DNA from: Aulosira sp. ZfuVER01
GTDB taxonomy: Bacteria; Cyanobacteriota; Cyanobacteriia; Cyanobacteriales; Nostocaceae
DNA: 64,000 nt
Direction of reading: 5' to 3'
Assembly (NCBI GenBank): GCA_034530615.2
Contig: JAVRCV020000010.1
Coordinates: forward strand, 1 to 64,000
In this document: positions 10,501-19,776 of the stretch, one piece after another
Position numbering within the stretch: position 1 is the first letter of the stretch
How the letters are laid out: every line of letters begins with the position of its first letter
The notes under the pieces: generated by a model
Databases searched by the model: none
Told to the model about the DNA's origin: nothing
What the model saw: only the letters and a program-made list of their open reading frames with translations
Translations under genes and position numbers: made by a program

Positions 10501-10975
10501 CGAAAAAAATTCATCACTTAATAGTGAAACTGCAGAACGAGGATCGGAGTGGTTCCAAGCTTTAATTCAGTACCTGCAAACAGCAGGTTTGAAAGCCGCA
10601 ATGGGTAGTTGTTGGACAGAAGTATTACAACAAATTCGTCACCAAAGTGTAGACTTACTGCTCATCTGCTTAGGGGAATCTTCTATCCATAAAGAAGTAC
10701 TCAAAGCCTTGAAAACATTGGGAGATTTACCTTTCGATTTGCCACCAATTTTAGTACTCGATCGGGGATTAAATCGTTCTCAAGCGATCGCCCATTCTCA
10801 GTCTAAAATTTCTCAGCAATTAATTGAGAAGCAAAAAAAGAATGGCTGGGAAACTCTAGAAAATATTGTGAATGAGATTTCTGCCCAAATTTTACCTCGC
10901 TCGATATCAATGGAAGACTTGTTAAACGAGGTTCATCAAGCTTTAAGTGGCAATCATCAAGATGAGAAATTTTAA
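7502..10975 (+). CDS. Hybrid sensor histidine kinase with CBS-like N-terminus and C-terminal (pseudo)receiver domains; real start may be 7574 or 7580
   Basis: H-box ISHELKTPLT, N-box LLSNAFKF, G boxes DTGIGI and GTGLGL. Receiver-like segments follow. Confidence 0.9.
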   Translation: MSAIRPKGDAESRGFQRKNDTRSLMSMLQYPLYDFLATVPICVETSTLAMVLDIFEQEQSDRVVIVNQQQCPVGLLHSARLTQKLLAAVSGDRINLQQPLSNFDAALIEPIQTIPAAERVEQFSLFLRYQQAQINHNNLDWALIDHHGKFLGLLDSSRLLRLLAREKVAIDAVSFGNSQDYTADTSRTDVAMATYSQAQIPNQQQAFYKPLVQLLERLPWPLMLQTGNGEVVAQNPAWWQQLGVLKDPEGVRQQVERILASTIAKQPEYATQKVQKNQSHVTENGHSVGEQPTQFKLQLHQKGSSSRLQSPALPTNNLHEQDDTTATTSSQCFWDSQVGTCTCIVQVQSGQERVWQFAKIPLDSPELTALSAESEITLATQESGLTANDLWLVLATDVTEQQQLCKELAAKNADLIQLNRLKDEFLACISHELKTPLTAVLGLSRLLVDRQLGELNERQARYAGLIHQSGRHLMSVVNDILDLTRMETGQMNLTLAPVNISAVCDRALLEAKAIQTQTSKTKASNQPQVEHSSDHRFTIAIEPGIEQMVADELRLRQMLVHLLSNAFKFTEVSGEIGLRVSHWEGWIAFTVWDTGIGIPEHQQHLIFQKFQQLENPLTRQFEGTGLGLVLTRALARLHGGDVSFLSREGKGSQFTLLLPPSPPKTGFTEQDEEENLEYEDIETVNTDTRGLTSSARQRVNTSAQHHSASSQRLVLVVEAVARYIEDLTEQLKALGYRVVIARSGTEAVEKARRLQPKAVFLNPLLPLLSGWDVLTLVKSDPATRHIPLIVTATGAEKEQAFANRADGFLSLPVQSQALAPLLESLCATPTIQQSGLDSNEISVSRTPLRILRLVNPELESINPHSSLREHRVIEVDDLDQAELLARVWQFDVVLLDVEGPAAQTYLQQLSQHPRLAALPLVTCDVVTTLAASQIPGLSVFPCLQPLGKDKNSSTSKPDALLSVLQIASGISCPPNILVVDVTMLRDLPQGRRKSVKSYRSEKNSSLNSETAERGSEWFQALIQYLQTAGLKAAMGSCWTEVLQQIRHQSVDLLLICLGESSIHKEVLKALKTLGDLPFDLPPILVLDRGLNRSQAIAHSQSKISQQLIEKQKKNGWETLENIVNEISAQILPRSISMEDLLNEVHQALSGNHQDEKF

Positions 10976-10976
10976 T

Positions 10977-11060
10977 TATGGGGCATTGGGCATAGGGCAT
11001 TGGTAATTTCTCCCTTGTCCCATTTCTCCCCACACTCCCCACACTCCCCACACTCCCTTG
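10977..11060. repeat. Short tandem repeats (TGGGCAT heptamers, TCCCCACAC nonamers)
   Basis: Directly visible between convergent genes. Confidence 0.8.
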
Positions 11061-11076
11061 TCTCCTGCTCCCTGCA

Positions 11077-13581
11077 TCACTGTCGCACCTCCACGACGGT
11101 GATAATTTTTTCATCGCGGTTTAGTTGCAGGATACTTTCACCCTTACTATCTCTGTTCAATAAAGGTACTGTTTCCAGAGGGATGCGCACTACTCGTTCT
11201 TTATTCGTTACTAAGGCTACTTCAGCAGAGGCGATCGCAGCAACCATTCCGGCTAAATTGTCAGTTTTGTTAGTGAATTTTAGGTATTGCGTGCCTAAAT
11301 CTCCTCGATTAGCAGATCTTAACTGATTTGCCGGAAAACGCTTGGCATATCCTTCTTCGGTAACTAGCAACAAATCTTCTTGTTCATTCACCGTGACACA
11401 ACCAACCATTTGTTGATGTTTTAGCATTCGTAAGGCTTGCAGCCCCATCGCAGCACGACCCATCACGGGTAGTTGTTCGTCATTAACGGGAAATTTTAAT
11501 AAGCGTCCACTGGAACTGGCGACAATCAGATGTTTACTTGTAGTGGTGAATTGGGTAAATAATAATTCATCATCGTCTTTGAGTTTGACAATCGTCACTC
11601 CCCGACGAGTCAGGTTAGTCAATTCTTCCAAAGACAAGCGCTTAATTCTTCCTTGTTTTGTCAACAGAATTAGCTGCGTAGTTTCCGAATTTTCTGGTAG
11701 CACAAAGCGATTGACAACAGCTTCTTGAGTACCTTGAGCTGTATTACTCAGCATGGTAATCAGTGGTCTTCCCTTGGGAGAACGCCCAGTGATGAGGGGG
11801 ATCTCTCCTACCGTCACCGGGTAAACTTTACCGCCACTGGTGAGTACCAACAAATCTTTTGCTGTGTCAGTTAACTGAGTTTGGATGATGAAGTCGTTCT
11901 CATTCAGGCCGTTTTCAGCTTTGGGTTTTTTACCGTTGGGTTGAATCCGGCGCACATATCCCCGTTGGGTAAACTCTAAAATTGTTTCTTCTGCGGGTGC
12001 GGAAGGTTGAAAATTTTCTTCATCATCTTCTGTTGGTTGGCGAACTCTCCCCTTATCTTCTGGTTTTCTGATCTCCGCAGTGAAAGGTACGAGTTTGGTA
12101 CGACGCGGATCGCTGTACTTGCGCTTGAGCGATCGCAAATCTTTTTTTAGCGCTTTGAGTAATTCTTTGCGATCGCTGAGTAATCTGCGTAATAAACTAA
12201 TTTGCTCTGTGAGTTGCTCAAACTCCTGCTGCAAATTTTGCTGTTCTAAACTTGTTAAGCGACGCAATGGCATAGCTAAAATTGCATCTGCTTGCACTTC
12301 ACTCAAATTTAGGCGGCTACACAGGCTAATTTTTGCCGTGCTACCATCAGCGGCTTGTCGCAAAATTTCAATGACTGTATCAACGTTAGACAAAGCTAAG
12401 AGTAAACCTTCTACCAAATGCAGGCGATTTTCGGCTTTACCCAACTCATAACTATAGCGACGGTTGAGGGTATGCTCCCGGAAACTTAAAAACTCCTGCA
12501 ACAGTTGGCGCAAGCTTAACTGACGGGGTTGTCCATCTACCAACGCTAACAAAATCGCTCCAAAGTTACTTTGCAAAGCGGTTTGATGATACAAATGCTG
12601 GAGTATTTCTTGGGGATTAATATCGCGTTTGAGTTCAATGACTACGCGCATCCCTTCGCGATCGCTTTCATCGCGAATATCAGAAATTCCTACCAAGCGG
12701 CCTTGATTGACTAATTCTGCTACTTTTTCAATCCAGCCTGCTTTATTTACTTGATATGGTAATTCTGTGACAATAATTGCCGTCCGGCGCTTGCTACCTC
12801 GAGATGGGGCAATCTCTTCTAAGGTTGCGACTCCTCGCAATACAATACTACCTTTACCTGTGGTGTATGCTTCCCGAATTCCAGAGTCACCAATAATTTC
12901 TCCGCCGGTGGGAAAATCTGGGCCGGGAATTAGCTCAAATAATTTTTCATCTGATAAATCTGGCTGATCGATTAAAGCTATTAACCCATCAATAACTTCC
13001 CCTAAATTATGCGGCGGAATATTCGTCGCCATCCCTACAGCAATCCCAGCACAGCCATTAAGTAATAAGAATGGTAACTGTGCTGGTAATACTGTTGGTT
13101 CTTGTTGGGAATTATCGAAGTTACCGATAAATTCTACAGTTTCTTCACCAATTTCTGTCAGCATTCCCTCATGACCAATGGCGGCGAGGCGCGTTTCTGT
13201 GTAACGCATCGCTGCTGGTGGGTCATTGTCAACGCTGCCAAAGTTACCATGTCCTGCAAGTAAAGGATAGCGGCTGGAAAATTCCTGCACTAACCTAACT
13301 AAGGCATCATAAACTGCTTGGTCTCCGTGGGGATGGTATTTACCTAACACATCCCCCACAACACGGGCGCATTTCCGATAGGGTCTATCTGGTGTCAGTC
13401 CCAGTTCGTGCATGGCATACAAAATCCGCCGATGGACTGGCTTTAAGCCATCACGCACATCTGGTAACGCTCGCCCTACAATTACGCTCATGGCATATTC
13501 TAGGTAAGACCGTTGCATCTCAGTGTGCAGGGCTGTGGTGATTACCTGTCCCGTTGAGAGAAGGTTTAACTGTTTTGCCAT
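11077..13581 (-). CDS. gyrA: Type IIA topoisomerase subunit A (GyrA/ParC paralogue)
   Basis: [23 protein letters not shown], catalytic AAMRYTE, beta-pinwheel CTD repeats. No clear GyrA-box, so the symbol is tentative. Confidence 0.85.
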   Translation of the reverse strand: MAKQLNLLSTGQVITTALHTEMQRSYLEYAMSVIVGRALPDVRDGLKPVHRRILYAMHELGLTPDRPYRKCARVVGDVLGKYHPHGDQAVYDALVRLVQEFSSRYPLLAGHGNFGSVDNDPPAAMRYTETRLAAIGHEGMLTEIGEETVEFIGNFDNSQQEPTVLPAQLPFLLLNGCAGIAVGMATNIPPHNLGEVIDGLIALIDQPDLSDEKLFELIPGPDFPTGGEIIGDSGIREAYTTGKGSIVLRGVATLEEIAPSRGSKRRTAIIVTELPYQVNKAGWIEKVAELVNQGRLVGISDIRDESDREGMRVVIELKRDINPQEILQHLYHQTALQSNFGAILLALVDGQPRQLSLRQLLQEFLSFREHTLNRRYSYELGKAENRLHLVEGLLLALSNVDTVIEILRQAADGSTAKISLCSRLNLSEVQADAILAMPLRRLTSLEQQNLQQEFEQLTEQISLLRRLLSDRKELLKALKKDLRSLKRKYSDPRRTKLVPFTAEIRKPEDKGRVRQPTEDDEENFQPSAPAEETILEFTQRGYVRRIQPNGKKPKAENGLNENDFIIQTQLTDTAKDLLVLTSGGKVYPVTVGEIPLITGRSPKGRPLITMLSNTAQGTQEAVVNRFVLPENSETTQLILLTKQGRIKRLSLEELTNLTRRGVTIVKLKDDDELLFTQFTTTSKHLIVASSSGRLLKFPVNDEQLPVMGRAAMGLQALRMLKHQQMVGCVTVNEQEDLLLVTEEGYAKRFPANQLRSANRGDLGTQYLKFTNKTDNLAGMVAAIASAEVALVTNKERVVRIPLETVPLLNRDSKGESILQLNRDEKIITVVEVRQ

Positions 13582-13808
13582 GAGCTTTTTCCCTGAAATT
13601 TAACTACACAAAAGTCGCCGGAAATTAACGCTGCAACAACCACAGCATAACGGATGAAAAGCAATTTCTATCCAAATCTTGATAGTCATAGGATAAAAAG
13701 CAGTAGTATTATCCTTGATGACGGGGATGCACATTGAAGAATAAAAAGGAGGCAGACAACTGTTTTTTTCAGGTGTTTATCCCCCCCATTCCCATAAGTT
13801 AAATTCTC

Positions 13809-14207
13809 ATGAAAACTGTTTTGATTGTAGAAGACGATCTGATCAATGCTCGCGTTTTTTCCAAGATTTTGACTAAGCGCGGTGGCTTAAATGCTAAACA
13901 TACAGAAAATGTGGAAGAAGTAATAAAAATTGCCCAATCGGGTGACGCAGACCTTATTTTAATGGATGTTTCTCTTTCGCGAAGTGTTTACCAGGGTAAA
14001 TCTGTTGATGGAATCAAAATTACACAAATGTTAAAATCCGATCCAAAAACAGCAAATTTACCTGTGATTCTGGTTACTGCTCACGCTATGGAAGGCGATC
14101 GCGAGAACTTCTTGAAACAAAGCGGCGCTGATGGCTACATCTCTAAGCCTGTAGTTGACCATCAACTTTTTGTTGACCAAATCCTGGCACTTCTACCCAC
14201 AGAATGA
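13809..14207 (+). CDS. Single-domain response regulator (DivK/CheY-like)
   Basis: LIVEDD, ILMD, VTAHAM, YISKP receiver motifs. Confidence 0.9.
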   Translation: MKTVLIVEDDLINARVFSKILTKRGGLNAKHTENVEEVIKIAQSGDADLILMDVSLSRSVYQGKSVDGIKITQMLKSDPKTANLPVILVTAHAMEGDRENFLKQSGADGYISKPVVDHQLFVDQILALLPTE

Positions 14208-14353
14208 AAGCTGAGAATTGGTGATTTACTATCAGCAATGCCCGACTCCCCATTACATGAGTATATATGTACTACGAAAAGGGATAGTTCGGCAAGTGGT
14301 AATGAGTAATAGGTAAAAGCGGTTCCAATTACCAATTGCCAATTGCTGTTCTA

Positions 14354-15238
14354 CTATTGGGCAGGTGGTTGACTAGGGTTTAATGGACTTTCCCCTTGCT
14401 GTAGAGCTGCTTGAATCCTGGGTAATTCCAGGAACTTTTTCGTATCGGATAGTAGACGTTCACCCCAAAGATTTTGCTTGAGGAAATCCAAATCGCCATA
14501 GCGCTGATCGATGCGGAGTGCAGCTTCTCCCATTGCTAAACCCTGTTGGCGATCGCCTTTAGTATATAGGGCCACTGCCAAGGCTAGTAAAGGTTCTGCT
14601 GCTTGTTTATCCAAAGATACAGCAGTTTGCCATTGCTTAATCGCATTCTGAATATTACCCTGTTCGTAGTTGATTAAGCCAGTGTTGTTAATAGCCGGCC
14701 AAAATTTCTTATCAAAGGAGACGGCTTTATTATATTGGGCGATCGCATCTGGCAATCGACCAGTCATATAGTAAGCATTCCCCAAATCAAATAACCCTTC
14801 TGAATCGTTGGGTTTTAACTTTAAGCCAGCTTGGTAATTAGCAATCGCTGCTGGATATTTCTGCTGCTGAAAGTTAGCCGAACCCATCGCAAACAACACA
14901 TCAGCGTTTTTCGGATTGAGTGATTGTGCTTTTTTCAAAGCAGCGATCGCCTGATCGTACTCTTTGTTTTGCAGATGTAAACCACCCAATAGAAACCAAA
15001 CTTTATCATTTTTCGGAGCCAATTGGCTAGCCAGCCTTGCTCGTGGCAAAGCTAACTCAAACTGTTGAAACTGACCTAGTTGAGCCGCCTCTTGTGCCAA
15101 GCTCAACCCTTGTTTTTCCAATTTCGCTGCATCAAGTTGCAGTGTATGGGGTATTAGGGCTTGTGCTTGCGCTGCTTTTGGCATACTCCACAAACTACAG
15201 ACAACTAGAAAAGAAATTAGTCCAACATTTTTAGGCAC
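14354..15238 (-). CDS. Secreted TPR-repeat protein
   Basis: Signal peptide ending AQA and several TPR repeats. GTG start at 15238 inferred (ORF track starts at 15259). Confidence 0.85.
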   Translation of the reverse strand: MPKNVGLISFLVVCSLWSMPKAAQAQALIPHTLQLDAAKLEKQGLSLAQEAAQLGQFQQFELALPRARLASQLAPKNDKVWFLLGGLHLQNKEYDQAIAALKKAQSLNPKNADVLFAMGSANFQQQKYPAAIANYQAGLKLKPNDSEGLFDLGNAYYMTGRLPDAIAQYNKAVSFDKKFWPAINNTGLINYEQGNIQNAIKQWQTAVSLDKQAAEPLLALAVALYTKGDRQQGLAMGEAALRIDQRYGDLDFLKQNLWGERLLSDTKKFLELPRIQAALQQGESPLNPSQPPAQ

Positions 15239-15796
15239 ACTACCCCCTCTTGCCCACAAATCAAAGAATCTTTCAGCTAGCTTAAACGATCTCCGCTCTA
15301 GACGAAAGGCAAATTTTGTAATAAAGAGGGAATAGGGAATAAGAGACTAGCCCCCGTCTACAGCCCTTCGGGCATCCTTCGGCGGGCGGTTCTCGTCAGT
15401 TAAACGCGGATCTGCTGCGTTAGGAACTTCCAGAAATTAAATTATTCAATTTTGGAGTGACAACGATCGTTAGATTCTTCCTCCCCTACTTCTCCTGTGC
15501 CCCTTACTCACCAAACAGTTTTGCGCTTGCGAACCATAGGCGATCGCTCATATTTGACTAGGGTCTTTGATGAACTACTTTTTGTTAGAACAGATGTCAT
15601 TGCCAGAATCTATCCCCACAGATGAATTAGTATTTGTTCAGAATCTTGTGGACATTCTTTGGCAAGAAATTTGCCCAAGCTAGTGGTTTATCATCAAAGT
15701 TTTGATAACTTTATATTGAGTACTTTAGTACTTAAAAATCCAGAACTCAAGTCCTGACTACGAACGCATTCAATGCAATTCATTTGTGAAAAATTG

Positions 15797-15845
15797 GTGA
15801 CTTTGGTCATGTGCCAATCTGGAATTACTAGTGACTTTGGTCATG
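15797..15845. promoter_or_regulatory. Duplicated palindromic operator candidate GTGACTTTGGTCATG
   Basis: Identical 15-mers at 15797 and 15831, each containing TGAC-N4-GTCA, about 100-150 bp upstream of the exporter operon. Confidence 0.55.
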
Positions 15846-15942
15846 CACTAATTTGAATGATTTTGAACGATAATTACTAGCATGAATTTATACAAAAATA
15901 TTTTGGTCAAGTCATGTTTACCGATAAAAATAAAGAGTAGCT

Positions 15943-17517
15943 ATGACAATTGATGCATCAAACCCTGTAGATTCATCAGCTTTGATTCCTGAAGTCAAAA
16001 GAACCAAAGGCAAGATTCGCTGGCTACCGTGGTTTCTATCCTTTGTACTTTTGGGTGGAATTGGCTACGTAATTTATTACCAGATAGCCGTCGCTCCAAC
16101 TCAGCAAGCAAGACGCCGCGTTCTGACACAGCCTGTAGAAAGGCAGACCTTAGCAATTACAGTTTCAGCGAATGGAACGGTAAAACCTGAGAGGTCAATT
16201 AACCTCAGCCCGAAAAATTCCGGCATCTTGAAAAGACTCTTGGCCAAAGAAGGAGATATTGTCAAACAAGGGCAGATTGTTGCTTACATGGATGATTCCA
16301 ATCTGCGAGGACAACTCACCTCTGCCCAAGGACAATTGGCACAAGCCCAAGCAAATCTGCAAAAAGCGCAAGCCGGCAATCGTCCTCAGGATATTGCCCA
16401 AGCACAAGGCGCATTAGACGAAGCCCAAGCAAATCTGCAAAAAGTGCAAGCAGGCAATCGCCCCCAGGATATTGGCCAGGCACAGGCACGCTTACAAAGT
16501 GCTCAAGCTGCCCTAAGTAAAGCAGAAGATGATTACCGTCGCAATCTGCAACTTTACAATTCTGGGGGAATTGCCCTTCAAACTGTCAACCAAAAACGTG
16601 CAGATCGTGACAGTGCCAAAGCTGCGGTGAATGAAGCCCAGCAAGCCTTAGCTTTACAAAAAGCTGGGTCACGTTCAGAAGACATCGAGCAAGCACGCGC
16701 TACAGTTAGACAAAGACAGCAAGCCTTAGCACTTTTAAAAGCCGGAACACGCCAAGAAGACATAGAAGTAGCACGTGCCCAGGTAACATCTGCGCGTGGT
16801 TCTTTGCAAAATATCCAAGCCCAAATCAACGACACGATTATTCGCGCCCCGTTTGATGGTGTAGTGACAAAGAAATACGCCGATCCTGGCGCTTTTGTGA
16901 CTCCTACAACAGCAAGTAGTGACGTATCTTCCGCAACTTCTTCTTCGATTTTGGCTCTGGCTTCTACCAATGAAGTTGTAGCAAATTTAGCCGAAACTAA
17001 TATTTCCAAAATCCGCCTAGGACAGAAAGTTACGGTGAAGGCAGATGCTTACCCAGGAAAAATCTTTGAAGGTAGAGTCAGTCAAATTGCCGCCCAATCT
17101 GTAGTTACGCAAAACGTTACCAGTTTTGAAGTGAGAGTATCGCTCTCAGATCCTCAAAGGCTACTGCGGTCTGGGATGAATGTGACAACAGATTTCCAAG
17201 TAGGGCAATTGGAAAATGCGCTGGTAGTTCCTACCGCCTCAGTTGTCCGCCGAGAGAATGCCTCAGGTGTATTTGTGGCAGGAGAGGATAACAAACCTGT
17301 ATTTACTCGGATTGAAACTGGCGTTACAGTCAACAACTTTACCGAAGTGAAGTCTGGATTGTCAGGAGACGAAAGAGTATTACTTAGTTTCCCACCAGGT
17401 TCAAGACCGCAATCAACACCACGAGGTGGGGTTTTCCCCGGCCTAGGCGGTGGTGGCGGACGTTCTCAAGGTGGTGGTTCTCAAGGTGGACGTTCTCAAG
17501 GCGGCGGTTCTCCTTAA
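15943..17517 (+). CDS. Efflux periplasmic adaptor (MacA/DevB/HlyD family)
   Basis: N-terminal TM, lipoyl half-motifs (IRAPFDGVV), long coiled coil with AGNRPQDI repeats, Gly-rich tail. Confidence 0.92.
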   Translation: MTIDASNPVDSSALIPEVKRTKGKIRWLPWFLSFVLLGGIGYVIYYQIAVAPTQQARRRVLTQPVERQTLAITVSANGTVKPERSINLSPKNSGILKRLLAKEGDIVKQGQIVAYMDDSNLRGQLTSAQGQLAQAQANLQKAQAGNRPQDIAQAQGALDEAQANLQKVQAGNRPQDIGQAQARLQSAQAALSKAEDDYRRNLQLYNSGGIALQTVNQKRADRDSAKAAVNEAQQALALQKAGSRSEDIEQARATVRQRQQALALLKAGTRQEDIEVARAQVTSARGSLQNIQAQINDTIIRAPFDGVVTKKYADPGAFVTPTTASSDVSSATSSSILALASTNEVVANLAETNISKIRLGQKVTVKADAYPGKIFEGRVSQIAAQSVVTQNVTSFEVRVSLSDPQRLLRSGMNVTTDFQVGQLENALVVPTASVVRRENASGVFVAGEDNKPVFTRIETGVTVNNFTEVKSGLSGDERVLLSFPPGSRPQSTPRGGVFPGLGGGGGRSQGGGSQGGRSQGGGSP

Positions 17518-17599
17518 TCATTTGTCATTGGGCATTTCTTTTCCTTCTTGTCCCCCTTGTCCCCTGCCTTATCTCCCTCATCTTCCCCATTCAGTCAGT

Positions 17600-18883
17600 A
17601 TGTTTAAAATATTTCATGGCTTTTACAAAGCTAAGAAGAATACTCGCACAGTGCCGTTGCTAGAAATTTTGTCAATGGCAGCAGAAACACTGTGGAGTAA
17701 CAAGTTACGCACAGGACTTACTATGCTGGGCGTAATTATTGGCATTTCTTCAGTTATTGCCATTACCTCTGTTGGTCAAGGGGTGCAGAAGGGAGTTGAG
17801 CAACAGATACAAGCATTGGGTACAGATGTCATCCAAATTTTAGCTGGTGCAGCCAGAAGTGGGAATATCAGTCAAGGGATAGGTTCCAGCAGCACTTTAA
17901 CCTGGGAAGATGCTAAAGCGATCGCAGGGCAAGCACCATCAGCTCAGATGGTTTCTGCCTATCTACAACGCAATGCCCAAGTTGTTTATGCGGGACAAAA
18001 CACATCCACAACAATTTACGGTACTGATTTGAGTTACCCAGAAGTGAGAAATACTCACCCTCAACAGGGGAGATATTTTACTCAGGAAGAACTGAATACT
18101 GCTGCACAGGTTGCTATTCTCGGGCCGACAGTGCAAAAAACTCTCTTTGACCAAGGTGTCAATCCTATAGGTGAGACAATCCGGATTCGGGGAGAGGCTT
18201 ATAAAGTAATTGGGGTGATGGAACCTAAAGGTTCTCAGGGGCCAATGGATCGAGATGACCAAGTATTTATCCCTCTAACTAGTATGTCAGCCAGACTAGT
18301 TGGTAACAACTCTCTAGCAGGCGTTTCTGTGAGTGGGATTTTAGTCAAAGGTGCTAATCAAGAGCAATTAGAGGCGGCGCAGTTTCAAGTCACCAATCTT
18401 TTACGCCTGCGTCACAACATCTATCCACCGCAAGCGGATGATTTTCGTCTCACCAACCAAGCTGATATTGTCAGCACCTTTACCAATGTTGTGGGATTAT
18501 TTACTGTGATGGTAGTAGCGATCGCAGGAATTTCTCTAGTAGTTGGCGGCATTGGCATTGCCAATATTATGCTGGTTTCTGTGGTCGAACGCACCAGAGA
18601 AATTGGCATTCGTAAAGCCGTAGGAGCAACCAATTCAGATATATTAAATCAATTTTTAGCCGAAGCGATCGTCATTTCCATTGTTGGTGGCAGCATTGGT
18701 ATGGTAACTGGCGTTGTCCTTGCCTTTGGCGCTGCAACTATTTTTAAATTTCCATTTGTAATTTCTTTAATATCAGTAATTGTGGGTTTTGGGCTTTCTT
18801 TAACCGTCGGCTTAATTGCTGGGGTAATTCCCGCCAGAAATGCCGCCAAACTAGATCCAATCACCGCTTTACGGAGTGATTAG
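17600..18883 (+). CDS. ABC exporter permease (MacB/FtsX family)
   Basis: RTGLTMLGVIIG, GGIGIANIMLVSVVERTREIGIRKAVGA, AAKLDPI. Start MFKIF at 17600. Confidence 0.92.
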   Translation: MFKIFHGFYKAKKNTRTVPLLEILSMAAETLWSNKLRTGLTMLGVIIGISSVIAITSVGQGVQKGVEQQIQALGTDVIQILAGAARSGNISQGIGSSSTLTWEDAKAIAGQAPSAQMVSAYLQRNAQVVYAGQNTSTTIYGTDLSYPEVRNTHPQQGRYFTQEELNTAAQVAILGPTVQKTLFDQGVNPIGETIRIRGEAYKVIGVMEPKGSQGPMDRDDQVFIPLTSMSARLVGNNSLAGVSVSGILVKGANQEQLEAAQFQVTNLLRLRHNIYPPQADDFRLTNQADIVSTFTNVVGLFTVMVVAIAGISLVVGGIGIANIMLVSVVERTREIGIRKAVGATNSDILNQFLAEAIVISIVGGSIGMVTGVVLAFGAATIFKFPFVISLISVIVGFGLSLTVGLIAGVIPARNAAKLDPITALRSD

Positions 18884-18946
18884 ACAATTCAAAACTTCAA
18901 GTTTAATAGTTAGTAGTTACTAGTACAACAAAAATCTAAAATTGAT

Positions 18947-19618
18947 ATGCCTACCATGATTTGGATGGAATCCATTACCAAAACCTACCACTTAGGAGAA
19001 GTTGAAGTTCCCATACTCAAAGGAATTCAACTCTCAATAGAGGAAGGAGAATATGTCTCGATTATGGGTGCATCAGGTTCGGGTAAATCTACACTTATGA
19101 ATATTTTAGGCTGTCTGGATCGTCCTACTGCGGGAAACTATATTTTTGAAGGCAGAAACCTCACTACCTTTAATGATGATGAATTAGCCTATATTCGCAA
19201 CCAAAGAATCGGTTTTGTTTTCCAACAATTTAATTTATTGGCAAGAGCAACAGCCCTAGACAACGTTATGCTGCCAATGATTTACGCTAATTTACCCAAG
19301 CCAAAACGCCGCCAAAGAGCATTGGAAGCATTAGAAAGAGTTGGATTAAGAGAGCGTGTTGCTAACCGCCCCAGTCAACTTTCTGGAGGACAACAACAAC
19401 GGGTTGCTATTGCGCGTGCTTTGGTTAACCGACCTGCATTAGTTTTGGCAGATGAACCCACAGGAGCATTAGATACGGAAACTTCTCACGAGGTAATGAA
19501 TTTATTAACAGAATTAAATGAGCAAGGAATTACGATTGTCATTGTTACCCATGAACCCGATATTGCTGCTCAAACTAAAAGAATTATCCGGGTGCAAGAT
19601 GGTTTAATTGTCGGCTAA
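18947..19618 (+). CDS. ABC exporter ATP-binding subunit (LolD/MacB type)
   Basis: [26 protein letters not shown]. Confidence 0.95.
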   Translation: MPTMIWMESITKTYHLGEVEVPILKGIQLSIEEGEYVSIMGASGSGKSTLMNILGCLDRPTAGNYIFEGRNLTTFNDDELAYIRNQRIGFVFQQFNLLARATALDNVMLPMIYANLPKPKRRQRALEALERVGLRERVANRPSQLSGGQQQRVAIARALVNRPALVLADEPTGALDTETSHEVMNLLTELNEQGITIVIVTHEPDIAAQTKRIIRVQDGLIVG

Positions 19619-19776
19619 ATATACCGATTTAGATTTTCAATTATTCAATTTTTCTAAAAAATTTATCCAATTTATACTTCCAAATTCCTTAAGATAAATT
19701 TATAGATTTACATGATGGAAATTTTTAATTGCATCCTCAAATTTGCTGAGAAAACCAATTCACTACTACATCGACT

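Noticed and set aside
10803..11326. ORFs 10803..11114 and 11000..11326
   Set aside because: Antisense overlaps of real genes plus tandem-repeat translation (SPH/GSV repeats).
17450..17599. N-terminal extension of the permease ORF
   Set aside because: Derived from the adaptor 3' end and short tandem repeats; the real start is likely 17600.
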